Virus record (IMG/VR): IMGVR_UViG_3300030419_004857
Location: 64,001-128,000 of that record
Source of the DNA: a virus
DNA: 64,000 nucleotides
Strand: one strand, 5' to 3'
Under the pieces are notes generated by a model. That model was not told where the DNA came from. It was given only the letters and a program-made list of their open reading frames with translations, and did no database searches. This document shows positions 56,000 to 64,000 of the stretch, piece by piece (the stretch's first letter is position 1; each line of letters starts with the position of its first letter). The position numbers and the translations under genes are program-made.

Positions 56000-56924
56000 C
56001 TATTTGTTCCTTCCAGTACGATAATTTTGCCCGACTTAGATCATATTCCATATTTTGAAACTTTTCATGCTGATCTTGTAAAAAGTTATAGTTGATTTGA
56101 TTCCAGTTGTCAATAATTAATATTGGCAAATCTCTTAAATATTGTGTGGTTGGAGAATTCAAAACTATGGGAATGCAGCCTACATAAATAGCCTCCAACG
56201 TTCGATAACAATCCACTCCGTTTCCCGCAGGACATACAACAAAAGCATGTTGGGCTAATTCATCTAAAAACTCAGAAAATTCCTTTGGCTCTTCTACGAT
56301 TGTCATCCAGTGGGTTTTATTGGATTTAAAAGCTTGTAGCAGACCGTGTCTCTCTACGGTATAATTTTGCCAATTGATATACAACCAGTTTTGTTTTTCG
56401 TTTCCAGCATATTTTTTGGTTTTAGATATTTCTTCGCTGGCATCTTTTCCCACACCAAGCGGAATGCCTTGAATTCTTTTGTCATAGGTCATGGAGTTGA
56501 CTAAAAACCACTTCTTTACGTTTGGGGGAATCTCATTAAAAGTAGCTCTGGTATGCGCATAACATCTAACCGAGTACATATCCTCTATATCGCATTGATC
56601 TCGGTCACAGGGGGCGGGAATTTCTAAAGAATTATATTCCAAGCGGGGAATAATTGATTGAGCATACGTAGAAAGCCATTTTAACATATCCATGCAAACC
56701 GGATATTCTTTTTGGAGAGCCACTCCATAATCACTGAATCCACTTATGACAACATACTCATTGTTGGTGTGGCTACATTTATCAAAAAATTCTGTAATAT
56801 GTTCTATATTACAATATACAACTCCAGATTCTGGAATGGAGTCATCTTTGTGATCAATCTCATAATTACAATCTCCAAGATCCATCCACGACTTCACCGT
56901 TATAATATCATCTTTTGAAATCAT
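55971..56924 (-). CDS. Exostosin/GT47-like glycosyltransferase
   Basis: IPLG, LYINW...T..R, FVVCPAGNGVDCYRTLEAIYVGCIPIV. Confidence 0.75.
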   Translation of the reverse strand: MISKDDIITVKSWMDLGDCNYEIDHKDDSIPESGVVYCNIEHITEFFDKCSHTNNEYVVISGFSDYGVALQKEYPVCMDMLKWLSTYAQSIIPRLEYNSLEIPAPCDRDQCDIEDMYSVRCYAHTRATFNEIPPNVKKWFLVNSMTYDKRIQGIPLGVGKDASEEISKTKKYAGNEKQNWLYINWQNYTVERHGLLQAFKSNKTHWMTIVEEPKEFSEFLDELAQHAFVVCPAGNGVDCYRTLEAIYVGCIPIVLNSPTTQYLRDLPILIIDNWNQINYNFLQDQHEKFQNMEYDLSRAKLSYWKEQIDESKRHIAH

Positions 56925-56958
56925 TTATCAGACTCGCTGACTCATTGAGCTATGAACA

Positions 56959-57882
56959 CTAAAAATATAGTTTTTGGGTTTTCTCTAAGTAGCTTACAGT
57001 CTTCTCTAAGCCGGATTTTAATTCCGTTTTTGCTTCAAAACCCAAAAGCTCTTTTGCTTTAGAGACATCTAAACATCGTCTCGGTTGTCCATCCGGCTTT
57101 GTTGTATCATACTCGATTTTACCATCAAAATTCATTATATCTGCTATCATCTCTACGAGGTCGCAGATTTTTATTTCTTTTCCTGTTCCAATATTAATCG
57201 GATCTGGTGGAACATCTTTTTCTACTGCGAACCGGACTGCCTCCGCACAATCTTCAACGTACAAAAATTCTCTGGACGCTTGTCCGGTTCCCCACAGTGT
57301 AATACTCTTTTCGTTATTACGGATAGCATGTTTTACTTTTAGTATTAATGCAGGAATTACATGTCCGCTGGTGAGATTAAAATGATCATATGGACCATAC
57401 ATATTTACTGGCAATAAATTGACACCGTTGAATCCATACTGTTCATGATATGTTTCTATTAACTTCATTAGAGCCTTTTTGGCTATACCATATGGAGCAT
57501 TGGTTTCTTCTGGATAGCCATTCCATAATTCCGATTCTTGAAATGGAACCGGAGTAAACTTGGGGTAGGAACATACTGTACCTAGAAGAACAAACTTCTT
57601 AATCCCGTGTGTGTGGGAGCTATGGATTAGATTCGTTCCCATGATTAGGTTTTCATACATAAACTTACCGGGGTTTTCTTTGTTTGCTCCTATGCCTCCA
57701 ACAGAACCGGCTGTGTGTACCACCACGTCTGGCTCTGCATCTTCTAATAGTTGATCGCACAGTTGTTGATTTCTCAGATCGTAAAATCCAGAACCAACCC
57801 CGTAGGCTTCATAAGATTCTTTAAGGATAGGTTCTAAATTCCTACCTAAAAATCCAGTTACACCTGTTATTAATATTTTCAT
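56959..57882 (-). CDS. fcl: GDP-L-fucose synthase (canonical)
   Basis: VGGIGAN, GTVCSYP, YGIAK, NMYGP.D.F...SGHVIPALI, WGTG..SREFLYV.D, KPDGQPRRCLD. Confidence 0.92.
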   Translation of the reverse strand: MKILITGVTGFLGRNLEPILKESYEAYGVGSGFYDLRNQQLCDQLLEDAEPDVVVHTAGSVGGIGANKENPGKFMYENLIMGTNLIHSSHTHGIKKFVLLGTVCSYPKFTPVPFQESELWNGYPEETNAPYGIAKKALMKLIETYHEQYGFNGVNLLPVNMYGPYDHFNLTSGHVIPALILKVKHAIRNNEKSITLWGTGQASREFLYVEDCAEAVRFAVEKDVPPDPINIGTGKEIKICDLVEMIADIMNFDGKIEYDTTKPDGQPRRCLDVSKAKELLGFEAKTELKSGLEKTVSYLEKTQKLYF

Positions 57883-57963
57883 ACTGACTCAGAGGCTAAC
57901 GCAAAGAAGCGGGTAAATTGGGCAGAGACAAAAAAATAAAAAGGGCTAAATAAAAAGAAGAAA

Positions 57964-58179
57964 CTACTTACCACTTTCAGAAAAACGTTTTTCAACAAAA
58001 TTCCAGTCAACATTGTTATATACTTCTTTGACACAGGAAACAAAAAAAGGATGAGATTTTTTAGCTTCTAGACATAACATACGAAAATGAGGTTGTATAG
58101 ATTTGACCGGACCATTCAACCCCTGTTTATCCACATAATCGCAAACTATACTGGTAGCCCTATTGGGAAAACTAGACAC
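57964..58179 (-). CDS. Small hypothetical protein
   Basis: Fills the gap and overlaps the iscA stop; start uncertain. Confidence 0.4.
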   Translation of the reverse strand: MSSFPNRATSIVCDYVDKQGLNGPVKSIQPHFRMLCLEAKKSHPFFVSCVKEVYNNVDWNFVEKRFSESGK

Positions 58180-58507
58180 TGAAACTTTTTCCACAGCCGC
58201 ATCCTCCTGTTGCATTTGGATTTTCAAAAACAAAACCGCGCTTCATTAAATCTTCATACCAATCAATCGTAACGCCTTGAATAAAAGGCTCACTCCTTTT
58301 ATCCACTACTATTCCTATACCCGCTTGTGAATACATGCTATCATTGTTAACTGAATATTCTGATTCTTCTATAAAGCCCATGTTATATTCAAATCCAGAA
58401 CATCCTCCACCAACGACACTAACCCGAAGCAACCTATTGGTTGCCTCGGGCGTGTCGTTCATGAGTTTTTTTAATTCTTTAACTGCTGCTTCAGTTAAAG
58501 TTATCAT
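58172..58507 (-). CDS. iscA: A-type Fe-S cluster carrier (IscA/HesB/ErpA family)
   Basis: ITLTEAA, GGGCSGFEY, G.TID, GF.F.NPNA..GCGCGKSF. Confidence 0.93.
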   Translation of the reverse strand: MITLTEAAVKELKKLMNDTPEATNRLLRVSVVGGGCSGFEYNMGFIEESEYSVNNDSMYSQAGIGIVVDKRSEPFIQGVTIDWYEDLMKRGFVFENPNATGGCGCGKSFSV

Positions 58508-59742
58508 AGAATGACCTTTGCATCACTCTCTACGAAGTATCTTGGACGACCAGCAAAGTCAATCTTCTGAGTTTGAGGATCAATTCCAAGATGAGCAAAC
58601 AAAGTAGCAGTAACATCCTTTGGGCCAAATGGGTCGCTCTTTGGAGTTTCCACCTTGGAAGTGGATTCTCCAATTACCCTGCCCATATCGAAGTCCCCAC
58701 CGCTGAACATAAGAGGACTAAGCTGGGGCCAGTGATCCCTACCACCATTTTTGTTAACACGGTAGGTTCGACCAAACTCTCCTGTCACAACTAGCAACAC
58801 ATCCTTGCTCATACCCCTGTCCTCTAGGTCATCAATAAAGGTGGACAAAGCGTGGTCAAGTGGCGGCATTCTTCCATCAAGAGACTTAGCGATATTGCTA
58901 TGCATGTCCCAGCCTCCATAATGGAGCGTAACAAACCTAGTTCCATTTTCAACTAGGCGTCGGGCTAGAAGCATTTGTTCTCCCAATCCCTTGCCGTATC
59001 TATTACGGTTTGCTTCTGGTTCTTTTTTGAGATCAAAAGCCTCGCTAGCCTTGCCTAGAATTAGGCCATAAGACTGCTTACGCAAATCCGGCCAGATTTC
59101 AAGGTCGTTCTCAATCTTCAACCTATCCAGCCCACCGATAAGATCTCGCCTTTGAAGGAAGCGGTTGTTCTCCACTCTGGACTGAAGGTTTTTCACGCCT
59201 TCTCCACTTGCTTCGTATGGCTTATACTGACCACCAAGCCAAGCGGGTCCGTCAAAAGTGATACCATTGATCTTTACATAGCTTGGCATACCATTAATAG
59301 GATGGTTTGTTCCGTACATAGAAGATACAATAGAACCATATGAAGGTTCGGTCTGCATTGACTGTGGGGTATTATCAGTTGAGTTATGACCAGTCATTAC
59401 CCAATGAGTGCCAGTTCTGTGACTAGAATTTCTGTGAGCAAATGATCTAACAATAGCAATCTTATCTGACCTAGTAGCCAGCTTGAGGAAGTTGCCACCA
59501 AGCAAGAAATCTCCCTTGGTCATAATTGCCCCATTGGTAGACCGCACTCCAACTGGAGCAGAGGGCTTGGGGTCAAAAGTTTCAATATGAGTTGCGCCCC
59601 CACCTAGCCACAACCAAACTACTGACTTTTCACCAGTAGGAAGATTGGCCGCATTAGCATCTGTTAGACCTACAGAAGAAAGAGCGGCGCTAATTCCTCC
59701 AACTTTCATAAAATCGCGTCTATTGAATTGAACATTAAACAT
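58504..59742 (-). CDS. DUF1501-family protein with Tat signal
   Basis: NRRDFMKVG, LWLGGG.THIETFDPKP, LLARRLVE.G.RFV, WDMH, GEFGRT, GRDHWP. Confidence 0.9.
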   Translation of the reverse strand: MFNVQFNRRDFMKVGGISAALSSVGLTDANAANLPTGEKSVVWLWLGGGATHIETFDPKPSAPVGVRSTNGAIMTKGDFLLGGNFLKLATRSDKIAIVRSFAHRNSSHRTGTHWVMTGHNSTDNTPQSMQTEPSYGSIVSSMYGTNHPINGMPSYVKINGITFDGPAWLGGQYKPYEASGEGVKNLQSRVENNRFLQRRDLIGGLDRLKIENDLEIWPDLRKQSYGLILGKASEAFDLKKEPEANRNRYGKGLGEQMLLARRLVENGTRFVTLHYGGWDMHSNIAKSLDGRMPPLDHALSTFIDDLEDRGMSKDVLLVVTGEFGRTYRVNKNGGRDHWPQLSPLMFSGGDFDMGRVIGESTSKVETPKSDPFGPKDVTATLFAHLGIDPQTQKIDFAGRPRYFVESDAKVIL

Positions 59743-59992
59743 TGGGCTTCTCCTTGGTATACCAATTTAGACGGCTTGTATTGTAACGCTTAGGATCTGC
59801 AAGACCGTTATCTAGTCTATTCTTATCCGTTATATAGTAACCATGCTCATCCTGTATCACAACTTTATTTTCGTCATTAAGTTCTTCGGTCTTTTCTTCA
59901 TCGACCATTGACTCATGACTGCCATACCTTGTAGGATATGTGTAAGGTTCTGGCTTTTTGATAATCCTTTTCTGTCTAAGCTGTCGTACCAT
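59735..59992 (-). CDS. Hypothetical protein
   Basis: Operonic ORF. Confidence 0.7.
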   Translation of the reverse strand: MVRQLRQKRIIKKPEPYTYPTRYGSHESMVDEEKTEELNDENKVVIQDEHGYYITDKNRLDNGLADPKRYNTSRLNWYTKEKPNV

Positions 59993-60542
59993 TTTTTACT
60001 CCATATACTTTTTCAAAATCAAAGAATCTCCATCTATCTAAATGATCCACAGTTTCGGAAGAATCTATTTCTCTAAGGTAGGCTAGAAGGTCTGCCCAAG
60101 TAGAAAAGATTAACTCGTGGGGTATAACCCCAAACAACCAATTAGGTAAACTGTTCTTTCCCTGCTCACATTTGATAAGCACTGGCTTCTTTTGGAAGAC
60201 TGCCATAAATGCTTCATGGTAAGAACCACACATATGAACATCTACATCTAAATCCATAACCAGAAAATGTGCAATATCCACCATTCTCAAATCAACTGCA
60301 CAAATTGGTTTCATAATTTCAGAAACCTTGGCGTAGTTGCCCACTTCTTTATAATAGTTGATGGCATTTCTTGTGGTTTCATCTTCTGGGGCGAAGTCAC
60401 TAGGTTTGTTGCAAGGGTTGTATACCCCAACACCCAAGTCGTAAAGATGGGGAGTAATCCATTCCCTCCAAGCAACCCCGCCATCCTCGACGCGATCCAT
60501 AGCGCCGCATAAGTAACAAGTCATACCTTTTAATCTGTTCAT
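59976..60542 (-). CDS. Nucleoside 2-deoxyribosyltransferase-like protein
   Basis: YLCGAM, WRE, YNP, DLRMVD, GSYHE, KKPV; GAGG RBS supports a start at 60542. Confidence 0.75.
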   Translation of the reverse strand: MNRLKGMTCYLCGAMDRVEDGGVAWREWITPHLYDLGVGVYNPCNKPSDFAPEDETTRNAINYYKEVGNYAKVSEIMKPICAVDLRMVDIAHFLVMDLDVDVHMCGSYHEAFMAVFQKKPVLIKCEQGKNSLPNWLFGVIPHELIFSTWADLLAYLREIDSSETVDHLDRWRFFDFEKVYGVKNGTTA

Positions 60543-60562
60543 TTTATATCGCCTCGTAAAAT

Positions 60563-60612
60563 AAAAAGCACCCCTCTTTGGCTTGATCGAGGGTGAGACC
60601 AAAGAGGGGTAC
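60563..60612 (-). terminator. Rho-independent terminator
   Basis: GTACCCCTCTTTGG/CCAAAGAGGGGTGC stem plus TTTTT. Confidence 0.8.
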
Positions 60613-60619
60613 TGAACAT

Positions 60620-61123
60620 TTAACCTTTCTTATAAAGATCTTTTAATAGGCTTTCTACATTATAATATTTCTTAGATTTGACGGCTTCATTGACCATCCT
60701 AGTAGCTTCCGCTTTAGAGTGACCCATTGATCTCAAAGTTTCAACAGCATCTTCAATCACAGTTTTTGGAGTGGAAATCTTGTCCTTAACTTCTTCCTTT
60801 TTAAGAACGTGTTTGACAACCCACTCTCTAGCTCTGTGATCTCCTCCTTTAGCATCGTCAATAGCCATCCTACAAATCTCGTCCCAATCATCCTCACTAA
60901 ATGGCTTCCTACTTTTCTTCCTAACTGTTGCAACTGTTTTTACTACAGGAGTAGCAGGAACAGCAGCAGGAGTAGGAGTGGCGTAGCTTACAGCATCCTC
61001 ATCATCATCTACGAACACCTTTAGAAAGCCAACACGAAAATTATAAGCGATGATTAGCACAAATATAATACCATAAATAGCCTGTTCACCATTAAAGTTT
61101 GGAGTATAGGCGAGCATGGTCAT
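60620..61123 (-). CDS. Membrane-anchored protein with RuvA domain III/UBA-like C-terminus
   Basis: N-terminal TM; EDAVETLRSMGHSKAEATRMV...VESLLK. Confidence 0.6.
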   Translation of the reverse strand: MTMLAYTPNFNGEQAIYGIIFVLIIAYNFRVGFLKVFVDDDEDAVSYATPTPAAVPATPVVKTVATVRKKSRKPFSEDDWDEICRMAIDDAKGGDHRAREWVVKHVLKKEEVKDKISTPKTVIEDAVETLRSMGHSKAEATRMVNEAVKSKKYYNVESLLKDLYKKG

Positions 61124-61132
61124 AGGACTACC

Positions 61133-62005
61133 TTAGTTAAGACCGGGATTATAACCTTCGTCGTTCCAGTCTTGCTCATCATATTCCTCAACATCCTCAT
61201 TACGATGCATAAGGGTGGTCATGAAGTTAGCGAAGTCGTCCTGACTCCATTCTTGGCTATTCTGGTGATGGACAGGTTGCTCAAGTTTTCCCTCGTAATC
61301 AGCAACCACTTCGTATGCACAAGTACGAACCTTCTGGCACTCACAATCGAGAGGCACAGAAACAACATCCTTGGGGTTCACCTTGACGATAACCACTTTA
61401 TCATCGGTCTCTGGATCACCATTAATACGACTATAGCCTTCCACATACTCGATTGCACCACAGTGAAGACCTTCGCTGCAACCAACGTCACAGTTGTCGT
61501 TCACCTTACGGCGCTTCATGCCTACTTGCTGACCAACACTATTATCAATAGTGCCAGACCACTTATCCTTGTAGTCATGGGTTACAGCCTTGTATGCCAG
61601 AAAACATCCATCATCAGTAATAGGCAGATTCTTATGCTCAAGGAAGGAGTACAATTCCTCCACAGCACGATTGCTGGGATTCTCAAGTACGTTGGCCAAG
61701 AAATTAAGCATAGGCTTGAAAGGGAAGCCATCCCTCATCATTTGCATAACACGATCAGTTAGCGCGTTATGAATCTCCTCTCCGTCATACTGAAGGATGC
61801 CATCCTTAATATCAACTTTTCCCTCAGTATAATTGAGGATAGACTTAGGGATGTCGAGCAACGGGATCAAAGTAGCTTCATCGTTGTTACCAAGGCATTC
61901 CTTAATTGCCATGTAATTAGGATGGTCATGTCCAACTGTGTGACTTTCGTTGTTCACAACGATTGTCATAGTTCCGTTACCGCTTACAATGTAATTCATT
62001 TTCAA
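61133..62005 (-). CDS. rIIB: rIIB-like protein
   Basis: NPS...V.ELY.FL, PIT.DG.FLAYK, CSEGLH, VKVNPKDVVSVP.D....KVRTC.YEVV. Confidence 0.88.
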   Translation of the reverse strand: MKMNYIVSGNGTMTIVVNNESHTVGHDHPNYMAIKECLGNNDEATLIPLLDIPKSILNYTEGKVDIKDGILQYDGEEIHNALTDRVMQMMRDGFPFKPMLNFLANVLENPSNRAVEELYSFLEHKNLPITDDGCFLAYKAVTHDYKDKWSGTIDNSVGQQVGMKRRKVNDNCDVGCSEGLHCGAIEYVEGYSRINGDPETDDKVVIVKVNPKDVVSVPLDCECQKVRTCAYEVVADYEGKLEQPVHHQNSQEWSQDDFANFMTTLMHRNEDVEEYDEQDWNDEGYNPGLN

Positions 62006-62017
62006 TACCTTTTTAAG

Positions 62018-62239
62018 TTACGCAGACTGACAAACCTTAAGACCGACAACCTTGCTCACACTAAATGACTTAGTATCTACATCATTTTCGATGGTAAAAA
62101 ACGGGCCTTGGGGACCAACCCCAAAGTCAACCAACTCACCATGACGAGGCTTATCATTATAGGTGAACTCAATGTCACTGTTAATGGCCTTACCCAAAAC
62201 ATCCTTCAATTCACTAAAACTCTTTCCACTAATTCTCAT
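62018..62239 (-). CDS. Small hypothetical protein between rIIA and rIIB
   Basis: Overlaps the rIIA end; AAGGA RBS. Confidence 0.6.
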   Translation of the reverse strand: MRISGKSFSELKDVLGKAINSDIEFTYNDKPRHGELVDFGVGPQGPFFTIENDVDTKSFSVSKVVGLKVCQSA

Positions 62240-63998
62240 CTTTACTTTCCTTCTCAATAAGGTCTACATATCGTGCCAAATCTTTGATAGCTTCACTCGG
62301 CTTATCGAAATGATTTGAACCAAAGCTACGGCACACAGCTTTGACAAGGGGATACTTCTCCCACAATGCCTTCTCCGCTTTGTTAAAATCCTCCTTACTA
62401 ATACCGTTATTGATTTTCTCTACTTTTATTTCCGCACAGTTCACCAATGTCTTAACTGCTTTATATTCTTCACTCTCCTCTACCTTTTCGGATTCATAGA
62501 GCTTCATGAAGTTCTTGAGGTCGTTATCTGTCTCAGTTAGCTTGCTGAGTGTCAAGGCATCTTCATAATCAATATTATGATTCTGATAACGGAACAGGTC
62601 GGAACGACCCTCTCTCATTCCAATTATAGTGCGATAGCCTTTGTTGTCAAGATAATCTTCGGCAATTTCTTCAGCTTTGTCAAAGATATTGACCCAAACA
62701 CCAGCCGCTTCCAGATCACGAAACTTCTTACTGTTCTTAACTGCTGTCTTAACACCATAGATTTTATCAATACTAATACCGAGTTTGGCACACTTATCAA
62801 TAATAGTCTGGAGAACCTCACATCTGTTGCTATAATCACCCCACTGTTTCTTAGGGTTCTTAAACTTGTACCTATTGATCTCTACAAAGTAGCCACCTTC
62901 CTTAAGATCTTTAGTCACATCATCCCAGTTGTCATTAGGCTTTCCCCACATTGAAGTGTTACCATTCCAAACAGCAATCTTAGTTCTAGCTTCAGTGTCG
63001 GAGTAAGAACTAGAGTTATCCGGCCTAGGCAAATCAGATGCCAGATAAATATCACTATCCTTACATCCCAGAGTATCCTTGAGTTCTTGGATAGCAGTAT
63101 CATCACCCTTAACAAGATAGACCCTAAAGCCTGTGTCAGAACCTCCCCATCTGTTGTGGGTAGTATTGTCCTTAACAAGTTGCTTGGTCCTACCGATAGC
63201 ACCACGCTTAAGGTCATCTACATAGATAACATAATTACCCTTGGGAGCAATACCAGTTTTGCCATCTCTTTGGACTGCTTCTTTCCATCCGTCCCTGTAG
63301 AACATCACTACACTAAGACCATCAATATGCCCTGTGCTAATGTGATAACCCCACTGGGTACTCTCAGGGAATAGCTTATGACCCTTCCATACAGCATTTT
63401 CTTTGTCGATGCTTTGACCGATTCTACCTAGCTGACGATCTGAGTCACAAATCTCAACGAATTGCTTCCTAGCATCCCAGAGGGTTTCAGCATCCTCAAT
63501 TGACTTCTCGACAATACCAGCGGCCTGTTCGAGAACTTGCTCGCACTTTCTAATGATAGCCTTCTGAGTGTAGTCATTATAGCTAAGAGATTCACGAGAA
63601 GGCGTGATATTAATTTCACCAATGTCAAAGAACAAATCTGTCTTCGACATCAATACTGACTTAATCTCATTAGGAAAATCACCCATAGCGTCTTGGTCGA
63701 TTTCGTAGCAGACTTGACCCATGATAGCACTGGCATAATAATTAGTTCCACTACCATCGTGAACAGACCAGCCGTCACCTTCAAGGAGATACTTGACTGG
63801 TTCGAGTTCAATCTTCTGACCAGAGACTTTAGGCTTAACTTTGAAGTAGGTGTAAATCTCAGTAGCTTCTTCAGCAAACCTGTCGAAGTCATTATCATAA
63901 GTATGAGACTGCACAGGGAAGCTAACCCTCAAGCCGTTAGGTTCACTGGTATCCTTTTCATTAAGCATGGCAAACACAGGTTCTTCACGCTCATTCTT
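62229..63998 (-). CDS. rIIA: rIIA-like protein (5'-partial)
   Basis: Frame open to the window end; T.EPNGL.VS.PV, MGQVCY, FDIGEI.ITPSRESLSY; adjacent to rIIB. Confidence 0.82.
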   Translation of the reverse strand, partial: KNEREEPVFAMLNEKDTSEPNGLRVSFPVQSHTYDNDFDRFAEEATEIYTYFKVKPKVSGQKIELEPVKYLLEGDGWSVHDGSGTNYYASAIMGQVCYEIDQDAMGDFPNEIKSVLMSKTDLFFDIGEINITPSRESLSYNDYTQKAIIRKCEQVLEQAAGIVEKSIEDAETLWDARKQFVEICDSDRQLGRIGQSIDKENAVWKGHKLFPESTQWGYHISTGHIDGLSVVMFYRDGWKEAVQRDGKTGIAPKGNYVIYVDDLKRGAIGRTKQLVKDNTTHNRWGGSDTGFRVYLVKGDDTAIQELKDTLGCKDSDIYLASDLPRPDNSSSYSDTEARTKIAVWNGNTSMWGKPNDNWDDVTKDLKEGGYFVEINRYKFKNPKKQWGDYSNRCEVLQTIIDKCAKLGISIDKIYGVKTAVKNSKKFRDLEAAGVWVNIFDKAEEIAEDYLDNKGYRTIIGMREGRSDLFRYQNHNIDYEDALTLSKLTETDNDLKNFMKLYESEKVEESEEYKAVKTLVNCAEIKVEKINNGISKEDFNKAEKALWEKYPLVKAVCRSFGSNHFDKPSEAIKDLARYVDLIEKESKDEN

Positions 63999-64000
63999 AT

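Noticed and set aside
56937-57892. CTGACTCA present on both sides of fcl (possible insertion target duplication)
   Set aside because: Only 8 bp, with no transposase or inverted repeats; compatible with chance.
57964-58030. C-terminus NNVDWNFVEKRF resembling the end of Fe/Mn superoxide dismutase
   Set aside because: No SOD metal-ligand motif (DxWEHAY) and far too short.
61172-61762. 196-aa + strand ORF and other short antisense ORFs in the track
   Set aside because: They lie antisense to well-supported genes (here rIIB), have no recognisable motifs, and are expected shadow ORFs.
1-64000. Stop-codon reassignment, tRNA or rRNA genes
   Set aside because: Standard code gives near-complete coding density with all three stops used; no intergenic gap shows a cloverleaf by eye (tRNAscan not run).

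Overview
Gene-dense 64-kb segment of a large dsDNA bacteriophage genome. The phage call is inferred from rIIA/rIIB, a T4-gp1-like dNMP kinase, PhoH, phage-type replisome genes, two short sigma factors and no ribosomal or core housekeeping operons. A Tat-exported DUF1501 gene suggests a Planctomycetota/PVC host (inference). Bases 1-5429 (+) carry the end of a putative virion module: a giant Cys-rich protein truncated by the window edge plus two smaller genes. This module meets the - strand genes at a bidirectional terminator. Everything else is on the - strand: (i) about 25 nucleotide-sugar, glycosyltransferase and methyltransferase genes in three clusters, with no flippase, polymerase or exporter; (ii) a replication/recombination block containing an intein-free split DnaE whose halves flank a DEDDh exonuclease, plus SSB, DnaG, DnaB, RecA, a Cas4/AddB-like nuclease and an SSAP; (iii) nucleotide metabolism (class II RNR, dUTPase, dCMP deaminase, dNMP kinase, NDT-like, thermonuclease); (iv) a cassette downstream of a putative late promoter with a holin-like protein, a permuted NlpC/P60 enzyme, two exported trypsin-like proteases and a CPHC thioredoxin; (v) IscA, DUF1501 and rIIA/rIIB. 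The most notable items are the split polymerase, the protease/thioredoxin cassette, diverged Fcl and GT paralogues, a repeated ATGGTGTATAATA promoter motif and a promoter-RBS-8-codon-terminator mini unit. I saw no tRNA, rRNA or CRISPR array. All family calls come from motif recognition by eye, not from database searches.
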